DNA of 64,000 nt from positions 31,809 to 95,808 of the IMG/VR virus record IMGVR_UViG_3300022928_002150; one strand, 5' to 3'. The position numbers were made by a program, and so were the translations under genes. The stretch comes from a virus. Positions 20,522 through 29,989 of the stretch are shown in pieces. Numbering within the stretch: position 1 is the stretch's first letter; each line of letters starts with the position of its first letter. The notes beneath the pieces are model-generated. The model made no database searches, was not told the origin of the DNA, and saw only the letters and a list, made by a program, of their open reading frames with translations.

Positions 20522-21473
20522 TGGAAATGGATCGGACAGCGTTGACTTAAACCTAAGAGGTATTTACAATATAACCCGAGGGGCAACTTATGATGCCGCT
20601 ATTAGTTCAGGATTTGATATAGAAGGAGGTGTATTCCCACATATTAGAAGGGGCATAAATCTTACACCCGATTATTATTATGCAGGAGGCTCTTTGACTG
20701 CAGCTGGAACGTCGGATATGGTTAATAATTGGAGAAGATTTGATCATCGTACTGGTAGTTATCAATCTGCTTTTAGTTCAGACCCTAGTTTAGTTGGCCA
20801 AGCAAGCGGTTGGGATGCCGCTCCAAGTGGTATTGGAATTACTCAACCTACAAATAGCGCTGGCCTAATAGGTTTTGTATCTCCTGATAGTCAGGCACAG
20901 CAAAAGTATTATATACGAACTAAGATAACTTCAACTTCCAGCGATAACGATTCTATAGGGGTTATTCTTGCATGGAGAACTGATGGTACTACTGAATATA
21001 CTCTTTATGCTCAGAGGTCTAATAGCGATCTGGGAGGATTAGATGCCTGGTCTATTGTTGAAAATTTCAGAGGGAGTTCTAGTGGGTATAGTGCTAAGGC
21101 TGTGGGTACTTATAACTACGCCACCCCGAGTTCTTGGTCGAATTACACTAATGGTACTGTTATTGAGGTTATTAGTTCTATAGATGATGATGGAATGGGT
21201 AATTTAAGTCGTACTTTTACTTGTAGATCCACCGCTATGAACTCCTCTACTTTAGGTGACGAAATATCTTTCACAGTAAATAGTAGCAGTGTTTGGTATC
21301 CTGCAGCTCCTTATGGTTTTGCGGCTTTTTCTCAAGAAGATTGTGAATTTGGTGAAATCTATATAGGAGAAAATGAGACAGCTGCTACGGCTAGACCTAT
21401 GGGCTTTGACCCAGTTGGAACTACTATAGATCCTTGGGATTTAGGAAGATATAGAAATGCTTTTTATACATAA
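20499..21473 (+). CDS. Putative lectin-fold tail/receptor-binding protein
   Basis: Last gene of tail operon; DNDSIG motif resembles L-lectin/TSP-C Ca-binding motif. Confidence 0.45.
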   Translation: MPNIPKTSGNGSDSVDLNLRGIYNITRGATYDAAISSGFDIEGGVFPHIRRGINLTPDYYYAGGSLTAAGTSDMVNNWRRFDHRTGSYQSAFSSDPSLVGQASGWDAAPSGIGITQPTNSAGLIGFVSPDSQAQQKYYIRTKITSTSSDNDSIGVILAWRTDGTTEYTLYAQRSNSDLGGLDAWSIVENFRGSSSGYSAKAVGTYNYATPSSWSNYTNGTVIEVISSIDDDGMGNLSRTFTCRSTAMNSSTLGDEISFTVNSSSVWYPAAPYGFAAFSQEDCEFGEIYIGENETAATARPMGFDPVGTTIDPWDLGRYRNAFYT

Positions 21474-21475
21474 TT

Positions 21476-21499
21476 AAAAAAGGGGCTTGCGCCCCTTTA
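21476..21499. terminator. Bidirectional terminator between convergent late and replication blocks
   Basis: AAAAAAGGGGC-ttgc-GCCCCTTT. Confidence 0.85.
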
Positions 21500-21501
21500 G
21501 T

Positions 21502-21771
21502 TTAATTAACAACAGCCTCTGGAGGGGCTTCTTCTGTTTTTGGTTCCGCAATCTCCTTTCGGAGTAGCTCCATAAACCCATTATTTGTTACTTCATATTG
21601 AGTAATTTCAAACTTTAAGTTCTGAATTTTAGCGGCAACAGATTGCAGGTGACTAATGTAATACTTAGCCAACTCTGATAAATCTGCGATTTTATGGGGA
21701 GTTCCATCAATATTAATTGATTCTGGCTCTTCCCCTTCTGGTACTTTAGGTACCGCTTGTAGATCTGTCAT
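21502..21771 (-). CDS. Hypothetical coiled-coil protein
   Basis: 89-aa ORF in operon with nrdB. Confidence 0.6.
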   Translation of the reverse strand: MTDLQAVPKVPEGEEPESINIDGTPHKIADLSELAKYYISHLQSVAAKIQNLKFEITQYEVTNNGFMELLRKEIAEPKTEEAPPEAVVN

Positions 21772-21780
21772 ATTTTTTCC

Positions 21781-22740
21781 TTATTTAAAAATGTCTTGCC
21801 AGTTTCCAGTTGTGCTTGCTCTAGAGTACTCTGTTGCTCTATTCTCAAAGAAATTAGCATGCTCAACTCCGTTTAACATAAAATCTAACCAGGGTAAAGG
21901 ATTATCTTTGCTGGAAAAGATTTTTTTCATACCCAAACCTAATAGTCTACGATCTGCAATATATCGAATATAGCTTTTTACTTCGTCCGGTGTTAGGCCT
22001 GGGACTACCGCGTCTTCAAAACACAAGTCAATAAAAGCGTCTTCTAGATCTACTGTGCGCTCTGCTGCACAATAAATTTCATATTTTAAATCATCATTCC
22101 ATAAGTCTGGGTTTTCTTGAATGAAAGTTCTAAACAACTGAGACATTCCTTCTACATGAAGAGTTTCATCTCGTATTGACCATGTTACAATTTGTCCCAT
22201 GCCTTTCATTAAGTTATGGCGAGGAAAGTTTAGCAAAATAGCAAAACTACTAAATAACTGAACTCCCTCGGTAAACCCTGAGTAGATAGCCATTGTTTTA
22301 GCAATATCTATAGGGGTATCCATTCCGAAGTTACTTAGATGTTCATGCTTGTCCAGCATAGCTTTATGTTCAAAAAACTTTTGGTATTCGTCGTCTCCGA
22401 AACCTAGAGTTTCAAGAAGCAAAGAATATGCTTCTTGATGAACCGCTTCCATAGCTGCAAAAGCTGATAGCATCATTCGTACTTCGGGTTGTTTAAATGT
22501 AGGTAGATAATGCTTTGCATATCCACAACATACATCAACATCTGCCTGGGTGAAAAACCTAAAAATTTGATTAATAAGTTTTCTACTTTCAACAGGTAAT
22601 TTTTCTCTATAATCTTTTAAATCATCGGCTAAGTTGACTTCATCCGGCAACCAATGCATGTGCTGTTGAGTTTTATAGTGCTCAAATGCCCAAGGATAAT
22701 TAAAAGGCTTATAATAAGACCTTTCTTCTAATAAACTCAT
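21781..22740 (-). CDS. nrdB: Ribonucleotide reductase class Ia beta subunit
   Basis: FFTQAD, EAVH..AY, EGVQLFSSF, RDETLH, NFFE. Confidence 0.95.
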   Translation of the reverse strand: MSLLEERSYYKPFNYPWAFEHYKTQQHMHWLPDEVNLADDLKDYREKLPVESRKLINQIFRFFTQADVDVCCGYAKHYLPTFKQPEVRMMLSAFAAMEAVHQEAYSLLLETLGFGDDEYQKFFEHKAMLDKHEHLSNFGMDTPIDIAKTMAIYSGFTEGVQLFSSFAILLNFPRHNLMKGMGQIVTWSIRDETLHVEGMSQLFRTFIQENPDLWNDDLKYEIYCAAERTVDLEDAFIDLCFEDAVVPGLTPDEVKSYIRYIADRRLLGLGMKKIFSSKDNPLPWLDFMLNGVEHANFFENRATEYSRASTTGNWQDIFK

Positions 22741-22757
22741 TATATTCTCCTAAACTG

Positions 22758-22922
22758 TTACCAGTTGTGTACTACATTTGTCATGATGAAAAAACACGTT
22801 AAAAAATTTACAAATACAATAGCTGTTCTTATTATAGCTACTATATTATCATATTCCTCTGTTTTTTCATCCGAGAAACTTCCTATTGTATACTTCCAGA
22901 TAATCCAAGCCTTAGCCCTCAC
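22758..22922 (-). CDS. 54-aa membrane protein (not in ORF track)
   Basis: GTG start; WIIWKYTIGSFSDEKTEEYDNIVAIIRTAIVFVNFLTCFFIM; fills the nrdA-nrdB gap. Confidence 0.65.
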   Translation of the reverse strand: MRAKAWIIWKYTIGSFSDEKTEEYDNIVAIIRTAIVFVNFLTCFFIMTNVVHNW

Positions 22923-24696
22923 AAGCTAGACATCCTTCATCATCTAAGCTATCAAATATATACTGACGAAGAGCCTCATCAGATACATTTTCTGCTCTTT
23001 TGTACGCTTCACTTCTGAGATAGTAAAGAGTCTTTACACCTCTTTTCCATGCCATCATATGAATAGCGTGTAGTTCTTGCTTGGATACATTTGCAGGAAA
23101 GAATACGTTTAATGACTGACTCTGACATATAAACTCCTGCCTATCGGCTGCAAGATCAATAATCCACTTCTGGTCTATCTCTACTGCTGTTTTAAAAACA
23201 TCTTTAGTCCAATCATCTAGAAATTCTAGATGCTGCACAGAGCCTCCGTTCGTAGTAATACTTTTCCAAACTTCTTCAGTATCTTGATTTAGCTCTTGTA
23301 GAAGATTTTCAAGATATTCGTTTTTAAGTAAACTGCTACCGCTTTTAGTTTTTTGAGTAAAAGCATTAGCACGATATGGCTCAATAGAAGGAGATGTATT
23401 CCCACATATAATACTACTAGAGGCATTAGGAGCAACGGCCAGCAGATGTGCATTACGGACACCATGGCCCTCTCCATCAGGACACTCTCCTCGTTCGATG
23501 GCGAGTCGTTTTGTTTCATTTACAGCCTCTTCTTTAATTCTCTTGAACATAGTCATGTTCTTTCCTTTTGCCATTGCGCTTTCAAAAGGTATATTCTGCC
23601 TTTGTAAGTAGGCATGAAACCCCATAGCACCTAGGCCAATACTTCTTTCATTTTCCGCACTAAAGGACGCTTTCCATAGCTGTGGAGGAGCGCTCTTAAT
23701 AAAGTGGGTGAGAACATTATCGAGCATTCTTACTAAGTCTGGTATAAATTGGTCGTTGTTTTTCCACTCGTCAAATTCTTCCAGATTTACACTTGATAGA
23801 CAACATACTGCTGTTCTCTCTTCATTTGTAGGTAAAGTAATTTCCGAGCATAGATTAGATTGATGCACTCGTAACCCAAGTTTTTGTTGAAACTCAGGTA
23901 CTGCTTTATCGACTGTATCCCGAAACACAATATAGGGCTCTCCTGTCTCTACGCGATTTTGAATTAATTTTACCCACAGTGTTTTTGCAGATACAACTTT
24001 CTTAACTTCTCCTGAGTGTGGATCAATTAGGGGCCATGAGTCATCAAACCCAGGCTCCCGTGTAGCACCTTCGATGAGTTGCATAAAATCATCCCCAACC
24101 ATAATACCATGATGAAGATTGGTAGATTTACGATTAATGTCTCCACCCGTAGGTTTACGAACATCCAAAAATTCTTCTACTTCAGGGTGAGAAATATCAA
24201 GGTATGCTGCATAGCTTCCACGACGTGTTACGCCCTGAGAGAAAGCAAGCATCTCAGCATCAACAACTTTTAGAAAAGGAATTACACCCGTACTTTCGGA
24301 GCCATTGCTCGTTTTCGAGCCGACACTCCGAACCCCGGTCCAACAACCTCCGACCCCGCCACCGACTGACGATAAGAAAGCATTTTCAGTATAATGGTCT
24401 GTTATACCTTCCCTACTATCATCCACATAATTTAAAAAACAACTAATTGGTAGCCCTCTCTTTGTACCTCCATTAGATAGAAGCGGAGTAGAGAACATAA
24501 ACCACAGCTTACTAGCGTAGTCATATAATCTCTGTGCGTGCTCCTTATCGTCAGCAAAAGCACAAGCAGCTCTGGCGAAAGAATCTTGTGGAGAAGTCTC
24601 GCCCTCAATCATATATCTATCTTCTAGTGTTTTTAAACTAAACTCGGATAGATAGTTGTCTCTTTTATAGTTAATATTTATATTGTACTTAGGCAT
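22912..24696 (-). CDS. nrdA: Ribonucleotide reductase class Ia alpha subunit
   Basis: STP..SN, ISCF, SNLCSEI, APNASSS, KTLYY, C-terminal CLACEG. Confidence 0.95.
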   Translation of the reverse strand: MPKYNININYKRDNYLSEFSLKTLEDRYMIEGETSPQDSFARAACAFADDKEHAQRLYDYASKLWFMFSTPLLSNGGTKRGLPISCFLNYVDDSREGITDHYTENAFLSSVGGGVGGCWTGVRSVGSKTSNGSESTGVIPFLKVVDAEMLAFSQGVTRRGSYAAYLDISHPEVEEFLDVRKPTGGDINRKSTNLHHGIMVGDDFMQLIEGATREPGFDDSWPLIDPHSGEVKKVVSAKTLWVKLIQNRVETGEPYIVFRDTVDKAVPEFQQKLGLRVHQSNLCSEITLPTNEERTAVCCLSSVNLEEFDEWKNNDQFIPDLVRMLDNVLTHFIKSAPPQLWKASFSAENERSIGLGAMGFHAYLQRQNIPFESAMAKGKNMTMFKRIKEEAVNETKRLAIERGECPDGEGHGVRNAHLLAVAPNASSSIICGNTSPSIEPYRANAFTQKTKSGSSLLKNEYLENLLQELNQDTEEVWKSITTNGGSVQHLEFLDDWTKDVFKTAVEIDQKWIIDLAADRQEFICQSQSLNVFFPANVSKQELHAIHMMAWKRGVKTLYYLRSEAYKRAENVSDEALRQYIFDSLDDEGCLACEG

Positions 24697-25531
24697 TGAC
24701 TGCTACTCTCCTTCCAATATCCCTTAAATTGTCTGTTCCAATAGCATCATCACAATATGTTAATAAGTCCATTAGTTCATAATTTAGTAAAATTTGTTCA
24801 TAATTTTCATTAAGTGACTGAATATATTTATAGCTACCCGGAATGGGGCACGCGTCATAAATATTTAAAGCACTTCCAAACTCTTCTATAAGTCCTATCC
24901 CTCTTTTTGGGCCAATACCAGGAATTCCTGGTACATTGTCACCTTTATCCCCAGTTAAACACTTTAAAGAAATATATTCCTCAGGTTTACAATCATAATG
25001 CTCCCCCCAGTTATCTAATGTTACTTCTTTTCTGGTAACATATGAAAATCTAGATACATTACTGCCTATAAGAAGGTCCCAATCCCTGTCGCTAGAGACT
25101 AGCCAGATGTTATCTAAATTGTATTTATCTTTATTTTTTACTAAGTGAGCTGCTATATCATCTGCTTCGACTCCCTCATAGCGTAAAATAGGGTATTTTT
25201 CACTTAAAGTTTCAAGAGTTGCTTCATACTCCTCAAAAAACTCCTCAAAAGCAAGTTTCTCTGCTTCTGTTTGATCTGCAAATTTTTCTTTTCTGTTCAT
25301 CTTATACTCGGGCAAGATCATCTTTCTATAAGATGAAGAACCCCAATCCGCAGTTATAATAATATCTGCACATTTATAAGACTTTGCTAGACTTTCTACA
25401 GTCTGAACATAATCATATCTAAAATCAGATCGACCTTGATGTTTCCATCTAAAGGCTAAATTTAAAGAGTCAACTACTAGTGTTGACCCCGCTGCAGGTT
25501 TTTCTACAGTATCTTTAAAATTAAATGCCAT
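24689..25531 (-). CDS. 5'-3' exonuclease/flap endonuclease (T5 D15-like)
   Basis: EADD, SDRDWD, GDKGDNVPGIPGIGPK. Confidence 0.92.
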   Translation of the reverse strand: MAFNFKDTVEKPAAGSTLVVDSLNLAFRWKHQGRSDFRYDYVQTVESLAKSYKCADIIITADWGSSSYRKMILPEYKMNRKEKFADQTEAEKLAFEEFFEEYEATLETLSEKYPILRYEGVEADDIAAHLVKNKDKYNLDNIWLVSSDRDWDLLIGSNVSRFSYVTRKEVTLDNWGEHYDCKPEEYISLKCLTGDKGDNVPGIPGIGPKRGIGLIEEFGSALNIYDACPIPGSYKYIQSLNENYEQILLNYELMDLLTYCDDAIGTDNLRDIGRRVAVNA

Positions 25532-25968
25532 TATATAAACCTTATTTCTTCTTTTTCTAACCACTCATCGGCTAATAGTATATAGCAACCCAAAAAATTA
25601 ATATACATATAATCGATAGTATTTACAGGCTTTTCTGCGGTTACTACAAACACAGGGGATCTATTATACTTGAAAAACAACAGAGGTTCTTGATCACCTC
25701 CCGCAGCTTGTTGTAAAAGTTTTACCCACCATCTAACAAGATTGTTTGTTTTTCTTGCAGTAAAAACCTTATCAGTAAGAGGGGATTCTGCATAGTTTTT
25801 TACTTCTATACAGAATCTATTCTTTTCGTGGGGTATATATAGATCCCCCTTTAAGTACTCCAAAGCGCCTGAGTTTGGTACTCTCTCAAATTTAAGATCG
25901 GTACATTCCCTCAGCATATCTCTAACGAGGTACTCTCCTCTTGCACCTTTAGCCCTGCTATCTACCAT
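25531..25968 (-). CDS. T5 D14-like PD-(D/E)XK nuclease/resolvase
   Basis: SRAKGARGE...GD...IEVK. Confidence 0.85.
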   Translation of the reverse strand: MVDSRAKGARGEYLVRDMLRECTDLKFERVPNSGALEYLKGDLYIPHEKNRFCIEVKNYAESPLTDKVFTARKTNNLVRWWVKLLQQAAGGDQEPLLFFKYNRSPVFVVTAEKPVNTIDYMYINFLGCYILLADEWLEKEEIRFI

Positions 25969-26183
25969 TATGTTAACATCATTTCATAAAACTGATTTAC
26001 AACTTCTAGCTTTTCTTGGCACTCTGCCATTTTTTGTATTTCAGTCTCTATAGCTCCCAACACATCTGGGTGCTCCCCAATCCCTACAGGGTTATTTAAG
26101 TATACTAAAATATTTGCTTTATGGTACGCTATCTCTCCTTCAAATTTATGAGATAGAGCGTCCAATATAACTTCTTGGTGCAT
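25968..26183 (-). CDS. Hypothetical protein
   Basis: NPVGIGEHPD motif, translationally coupled. Confidence 0.65.
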   Translation of the reverse strand: MHQEVILDALSHKFEGEIAYHKANILVYLNNPVGIGEHPDVLGAIETEIQKMAECQEKLEVVNQFYEMMLT

Positions 26184-26184
26184 T

Positions 26185-27981
26185 TTATTTCTCCAATCTA
26201 CTGATATTATTATCTTTTACTACTTCTACTTTTTCTAGTAATGGGTGAGTCCACCCATGGCTTACTATATAAGTATTTAATGGTTCTTCAAGAAGCACTT
26301 CTACCAACTTTTCTCTACCTGTTTCATCTAATACATTTATGACTTCATCCAAGAATAGTATATTTATTCTTGATTTTGATATACTACTCATTAACTTTCT
26401 TATGGCTATTAGAGTGGCTGTGTTTACCCTAGCCAGCTCTCCTGACGAAAGTGCTTGTATATCAACTACATTACCATTATCCGTCACTTCTACATTTAAC
26501 TTATCGTTTTGTACTACAAACTCTAAGGTAAACTTACCGTCAGAAAGTTCCGCCAAATACATATTAGTCAAGTCTTCAAGTTCTTTTACTAAATTTTCTA
26601 TCTTATAAGCTACTAGGCCATTAGTGCTAAAAGCTTTTTTCAATACTTCTAGATTAGAAGAAACTTCTACTTGAGTCTTTAAATTAGTTTTTAACTCAGT
26701 TAACTCAGCTTGCATTTCCTGAGTCTGCTCTAGTATAACTTCTATTTTAGTGTTTTGGCGAGTTCTTCTTTCATTTTCTCTTGCTGTTTTTTCCAGCTCA
26801 GTTCTTGCTGCTCCCAAGCGTCCGCGAACGCTGTTGATGCGATCTTCAAGCTCTTTGCCATCCACAATAGATGTTGGTAAATCTTTATCGATTGAACGAT
26901 AAATTTCTTCCCACTCTCTTTGAATTTTAGCTTTCCTAGAGAAGTCTCTATTGTTTCTTTTAACATCTTCAATTTTTGTTTCAATGTTTGTAGCTTCTTC
27001 ATTTAAAATCTCCACTAGACGCTCTTCGCCATGTATTATATGTGCTTTAAATTCTGCGTCTATCTCTTGCTCACATGTAGGACAATTATTGCCGAGAGAC
27101 TGCATTTTTTGCAATAACTTTTTAGAAGCCTGGAGTTTACCGGAAATAGTCCCCATAGACTCCTGTAAACTATCATAAGACAGCGTCTCCTTTGCCTCTA
27201 TCTTTTGTACCTCAACTATATTTATCTTACTGAGCAGTTCTTTATATTGAATATTCTTTAAAATTTTATTATTATTTTCGGAAATATTTTCTATTTCTTT
27301 CGTAAGAAAGCGTAACTCCTTTTCGTCATCTTCCGTAGAAATTTGTAAATCTAACATTGGAAGTAGGGTAGTATCCTCCAATTTATTGTTTGATAACCAC
27401 TTTTCAATTGTAGCTACTTTAGCTTCAATTGTAGTCAAATTAGCTACACATTCACGACAAGCCTCTTTAAAAATATCAAAATAATTAACATAAATTTCTA
27501 GGTGCAACAAGTCAATAAGAAACTTCTTCCTATTGGTATCTGTCGCAGTAAGAAACTGTAAACTTGCATTAGTATTTTGATACACTAGCTGAGAGAAAGT
27601 CTTAAAATCTACTCCAAGGATTCCCTGAAGAGTTTTGTAAGTATTAGTAGCTGTATGGCTACTAATATCTTCTCCGTTTTTTGTAAGAACAATTTTAATA
27701 GAAGTTTTTCTGTCTACACATACCTTGTATTGTGTACCGTCTTTACTAAAATCTAGTTCTATAGAATATCCACTATTGGTATATCTATTAGGTATATCAG
27801 CTTTTTTAATGCCTTTAGAGTTTTTATTATAAAGAGCTTCTTCAATAATTAATGGTATGGACGATTTGCCCATACCATTAGTTCCAACTATTTGAGTAAC
27901 TGGACTCTCTGTTAGAATTAGCTCATTGTCTTTTCCGTAACTAAAACAGTTACTCCACTTCAACTTTTGCAGCGTAATCAT
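26185..27981 (-). CDS. SbcC/Rad50-like recombination ATPase (T5 D13-like)
   Basis: GTNGMGKSS, CPTC zinc hook, LSSGE, FLDE. Confidence 0.92.
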   Translation of the reverse strand: MITLQKLKWSNCFSYGKDNELILTESPVTQIVGTNGMGKSSIPLIIEEALYNKNSKGIKKADIPNRYTNSGYSIELDFSKDGTQYKVCVDRKTSIKIVLTKNGEDISSHTATNTYKTLQGILGVDFKTFSQLVYQNTNASLQFLTATDTNRKKFLIDLLHLEIYVNYFDIFKEACRECVANLTTIEAKVATIEKWLSNNKLEDTTLLPMLDLQISTEDDEKELRFLTKEIENISENNNKILKNIQYKELLSKINIVEVQKIEAKETLSYDSLQESMGTISGKLQASKKLLQKMQSLGNNCPTCEQEIDAEFKAHIIHGEERLVEILNEEATNIETKIEDVKRNNRDFSRKAKIQREWEEIYRSIDKDLPTSIVDGKELEDRINSVRGRLGAARTELEKTARENERRTRQNTKIEVILEQTQEMQAELTELKTNLKTQVEVSSNLEVLKKAFSTNGLVAYKIENLVKELEDLTNMYLAELSDGKFTLEFVVQNDKLNVEVTDNGNVVDIQALSSGELARVNTATLIAIRKLMSSISKSRINILFLDEVINVLDETGREKLVEVLLEEPLNTYIVSHGWTHPLLEKVEVVKDNNISRLEK

Positions 27982-28909
27982 TAAATAATCCTACTATATT
28001 TGATACGTTTGATTGATCTATTTCTAGTATATAGAGTAGATACTCCATAAGTTCTTCTGAAATAGACATATCTTTATCCATTATAAGTGCTGCCTCAGAA
28101 TTTCTTTTAACAATTTTTTTGTCTAAAAGTTCTGAGTTTTTTATGTCTGCAAGTTGTTGTATGTCTCCCTCTATCTCATAAATTGTATGGTCATACTCAG
28201 AGGAAATCATCTCTTCTTCAGTTAAAACTGTTTTTCTAAGCAACTGAGGAAGATCAAAGGGATCCCACCTCCAGCTCCAGTCACTCTCATTAATAACAAT
28301 ATAACCCGTTGATACTTTATTTCTATGAAAAGATGTAGTCATTGGACTACCTGGGTATACTATATTTTTCTGAGTATTACTATGAGCGTGTAGGTCTCCC
28401 GCAAATACAACAGGAAAATCCTCTAACCTCTGTAAGTCCACCTCTGGCTTAACATGGGGAGGTATTTCACCGCGAACGTGAGTAAATAATGGAAATCTTG
28501 AATTAAGCCTCTCTATGCTACCAGGTCTATGTAAGTCTGCATATGGCAGAATACTAAAACCTAGGCTTTCATCAAAATAGGCAATATCTACTATTTGTAC
28601 TAATGGGTTTACATCTCTTGATACTTGTTTAAGCTGCGAGAAAAATGTAGTATTTTTCTTCGTAGCTTCGTGGTTACCATCATATATTATTGTTGGTATT
28701 TTTACATTTTTTATGAAACTGAAGTATAACTGTAGTTCTTCCATATTGGGAAGACGATCAAATAGATCGCCCCCAATAATGTGCATGTTACATTCCAGCT
28801 CTAGCGAGTAGATTTGACTGAAAAATAGTTTATATCTATTTAAAGCCCAATCTTTAGGTACATTTTTCTGCCCTAATTTTATATGCCAGTCTGCTGTAAA
28901 CAGTATCAT
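27950..28909 (-). CDS. SbcD/Mre11-like nuclease (T5 D12-like)
   Basis: DWH, GDLFD, GNHE, GDLH, YPGS. Confidence 0.92.
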   Translation of the reverse strand: MILFTADWHIKLGQKNVPKDWALNRYKLFFSQIYSLELECNMHIIGGDLFDRLPNMEELQLYFSFIKNVKIPTIIYDGNHEATKKNTTFFSQLKQVSRDVNPLVQIVDIAYFDESLGFSILPYADLHRPGSIERLNSRFPLFTHVRGEIPPHVKPEVDLQRLEDFPVVFAGDLHAHSNTQKNIVYPGSPMTTSFHRNKVSTGYIVINESDWSWRWDPFDLPQLLRKTVLTEEEMISSEYDHTIYEIEGDIQQLADIKNSELLDKKIVKRNSEAALIMDKDMSISEELMEYLLYILEIDQSNVSNIVGLFNDYAAKVEVE

Positions 28910-29541
28910 GCAATTTTAAACTCGTCTTCAATGCTTTCATCTATACCCGTATCTGATCGAGAATTATTAATTCTGTCTAAAAGCTCTTTCTGCGCATCTG
29001 GAGTAGGACGGGGCATAACATCATCCATTGACTTAAGATTTGCTACTAAAGATTTTTCAGTATCATCTAGGGGGCGCTTAGCTTGTTGGCACTTAATCTG
29101 CTGCAGCTGATACTCTACATTGTAGGGCATGGGGCCTGTTTTTACTCGCTTAAAGCAAATGTCCCAACCATCTTCAAAATCAGTAGGATCGCCTAAGTCT
29201 TCTGCTACAGTGATAATTTGTTCCCACAGCTTCTTCTTGAGATTAATTACTTTTAATTCTCCATTGACCAAGCACTGAGTAGCATAGCTCCAGCCGCACT
29301 TTAAGTCAGGATAAAAGTCTTTAACCCAATCTTTTTCTTTGTTGTTAAAAGCTTCTGCGTTACGGTCAAATGACAGACACTCCAGAGGAATATCTTTATC
29401 GTTTTCACCTTTTACCCAATACACGTATCTAGCGAGAATATCTCCTACTAAACGTAGTTTATTATCCCCTTCTACATACTGGTAGCTTGAAATTGATGAT
29501 TTTTGTGCGGAACCTTTTTGCTTGTTAAATGAAATTGCCAT
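28906..29541 (-). CDS. T5 D11-like (putative ssDNA-binding) protein
   Basis: Synteny; DLGDPTD motif; acidic tail. Confidence 0.75.
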   Translation of the reverse strand: MAISFNKQKGSAQKSSISSYQYVEGDNKLRLVGDILARYVYWVKGENDKDIPLECLSFDRNAEAFNNKEKDWVKDFYPDLKCGWSYATQCLVNGELKVINLKKKLWEQIITVAEDLGDPTDFEDGWDICFKRVKTGPMPYNVEYQLQQIKCQQAKRPLDDTEKSLVANLKSMDDVMPRPTPDAQKELLDRINNSRSDTGIDESIEDEFKIA

Positions 29542-29542
29542 G

Positions 29543-29947
29543 TTAGTGTATCTCCTTTTTTGTAACTTCTTCGTATTTAAAGTGAACTATGCCACGATCG
29601 TCTATACTAAGTAGTCTGTTTTCTATATATAAATTCCTATCAAGAGGCAGATTTACTGCTTTAATAGTAACGGTTTGTTGCGCTATGTATAATGAAGTAA
29701 GCCTAAAAGCGGCTATTCCAAAATACTGTACGACTTCTTTTTTTGTATACTTATAACTATTATAAAATACTACTTCAGGGTGCAACATAAAAGACTGACC
29801 CTTAAAATTTATATTTGCCCATTTGTAGAGCCTGTCAAATTTATTGTTAGGTATAGTCTTATGCGTTAACATATCTAACACGTCGAATACATCATTGACG
29901 TTTTTATTGCACGTTTCTATTATCTTTTCAAAGTCATAAAGTAACAT
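29543..29947 (-). CDS. Hypothetical protein
   Basis: 134-aa ORF between D10 and D11. Confidence 0.6.
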   Translation of the reverse strand: MLLYDFEKIIETCNKNVNDVFDVLDMLTHKTIPNNKFDRLYKWANINFKGQSFMLHPEVVFYNSYKYTKKEVVQYFGIAAFRLTSLYIAQQTVTIKAVNLPLDRNLYIENRLLSIDDRGIVHFKYEEVTKKEIH

Positions 29948-29949
29948 AT

Positions 29950-29978
29950 ATTATACCAAAAGTTTACCATATTGTCAA
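29950..29978 (-). promoter_or_regulatory. Sigma70-type phage promoter
   Basis: TTGACA-17-TATAAT. Confidence 0.85.
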
Positions 29979-29989
29979 GCAATATTTTT

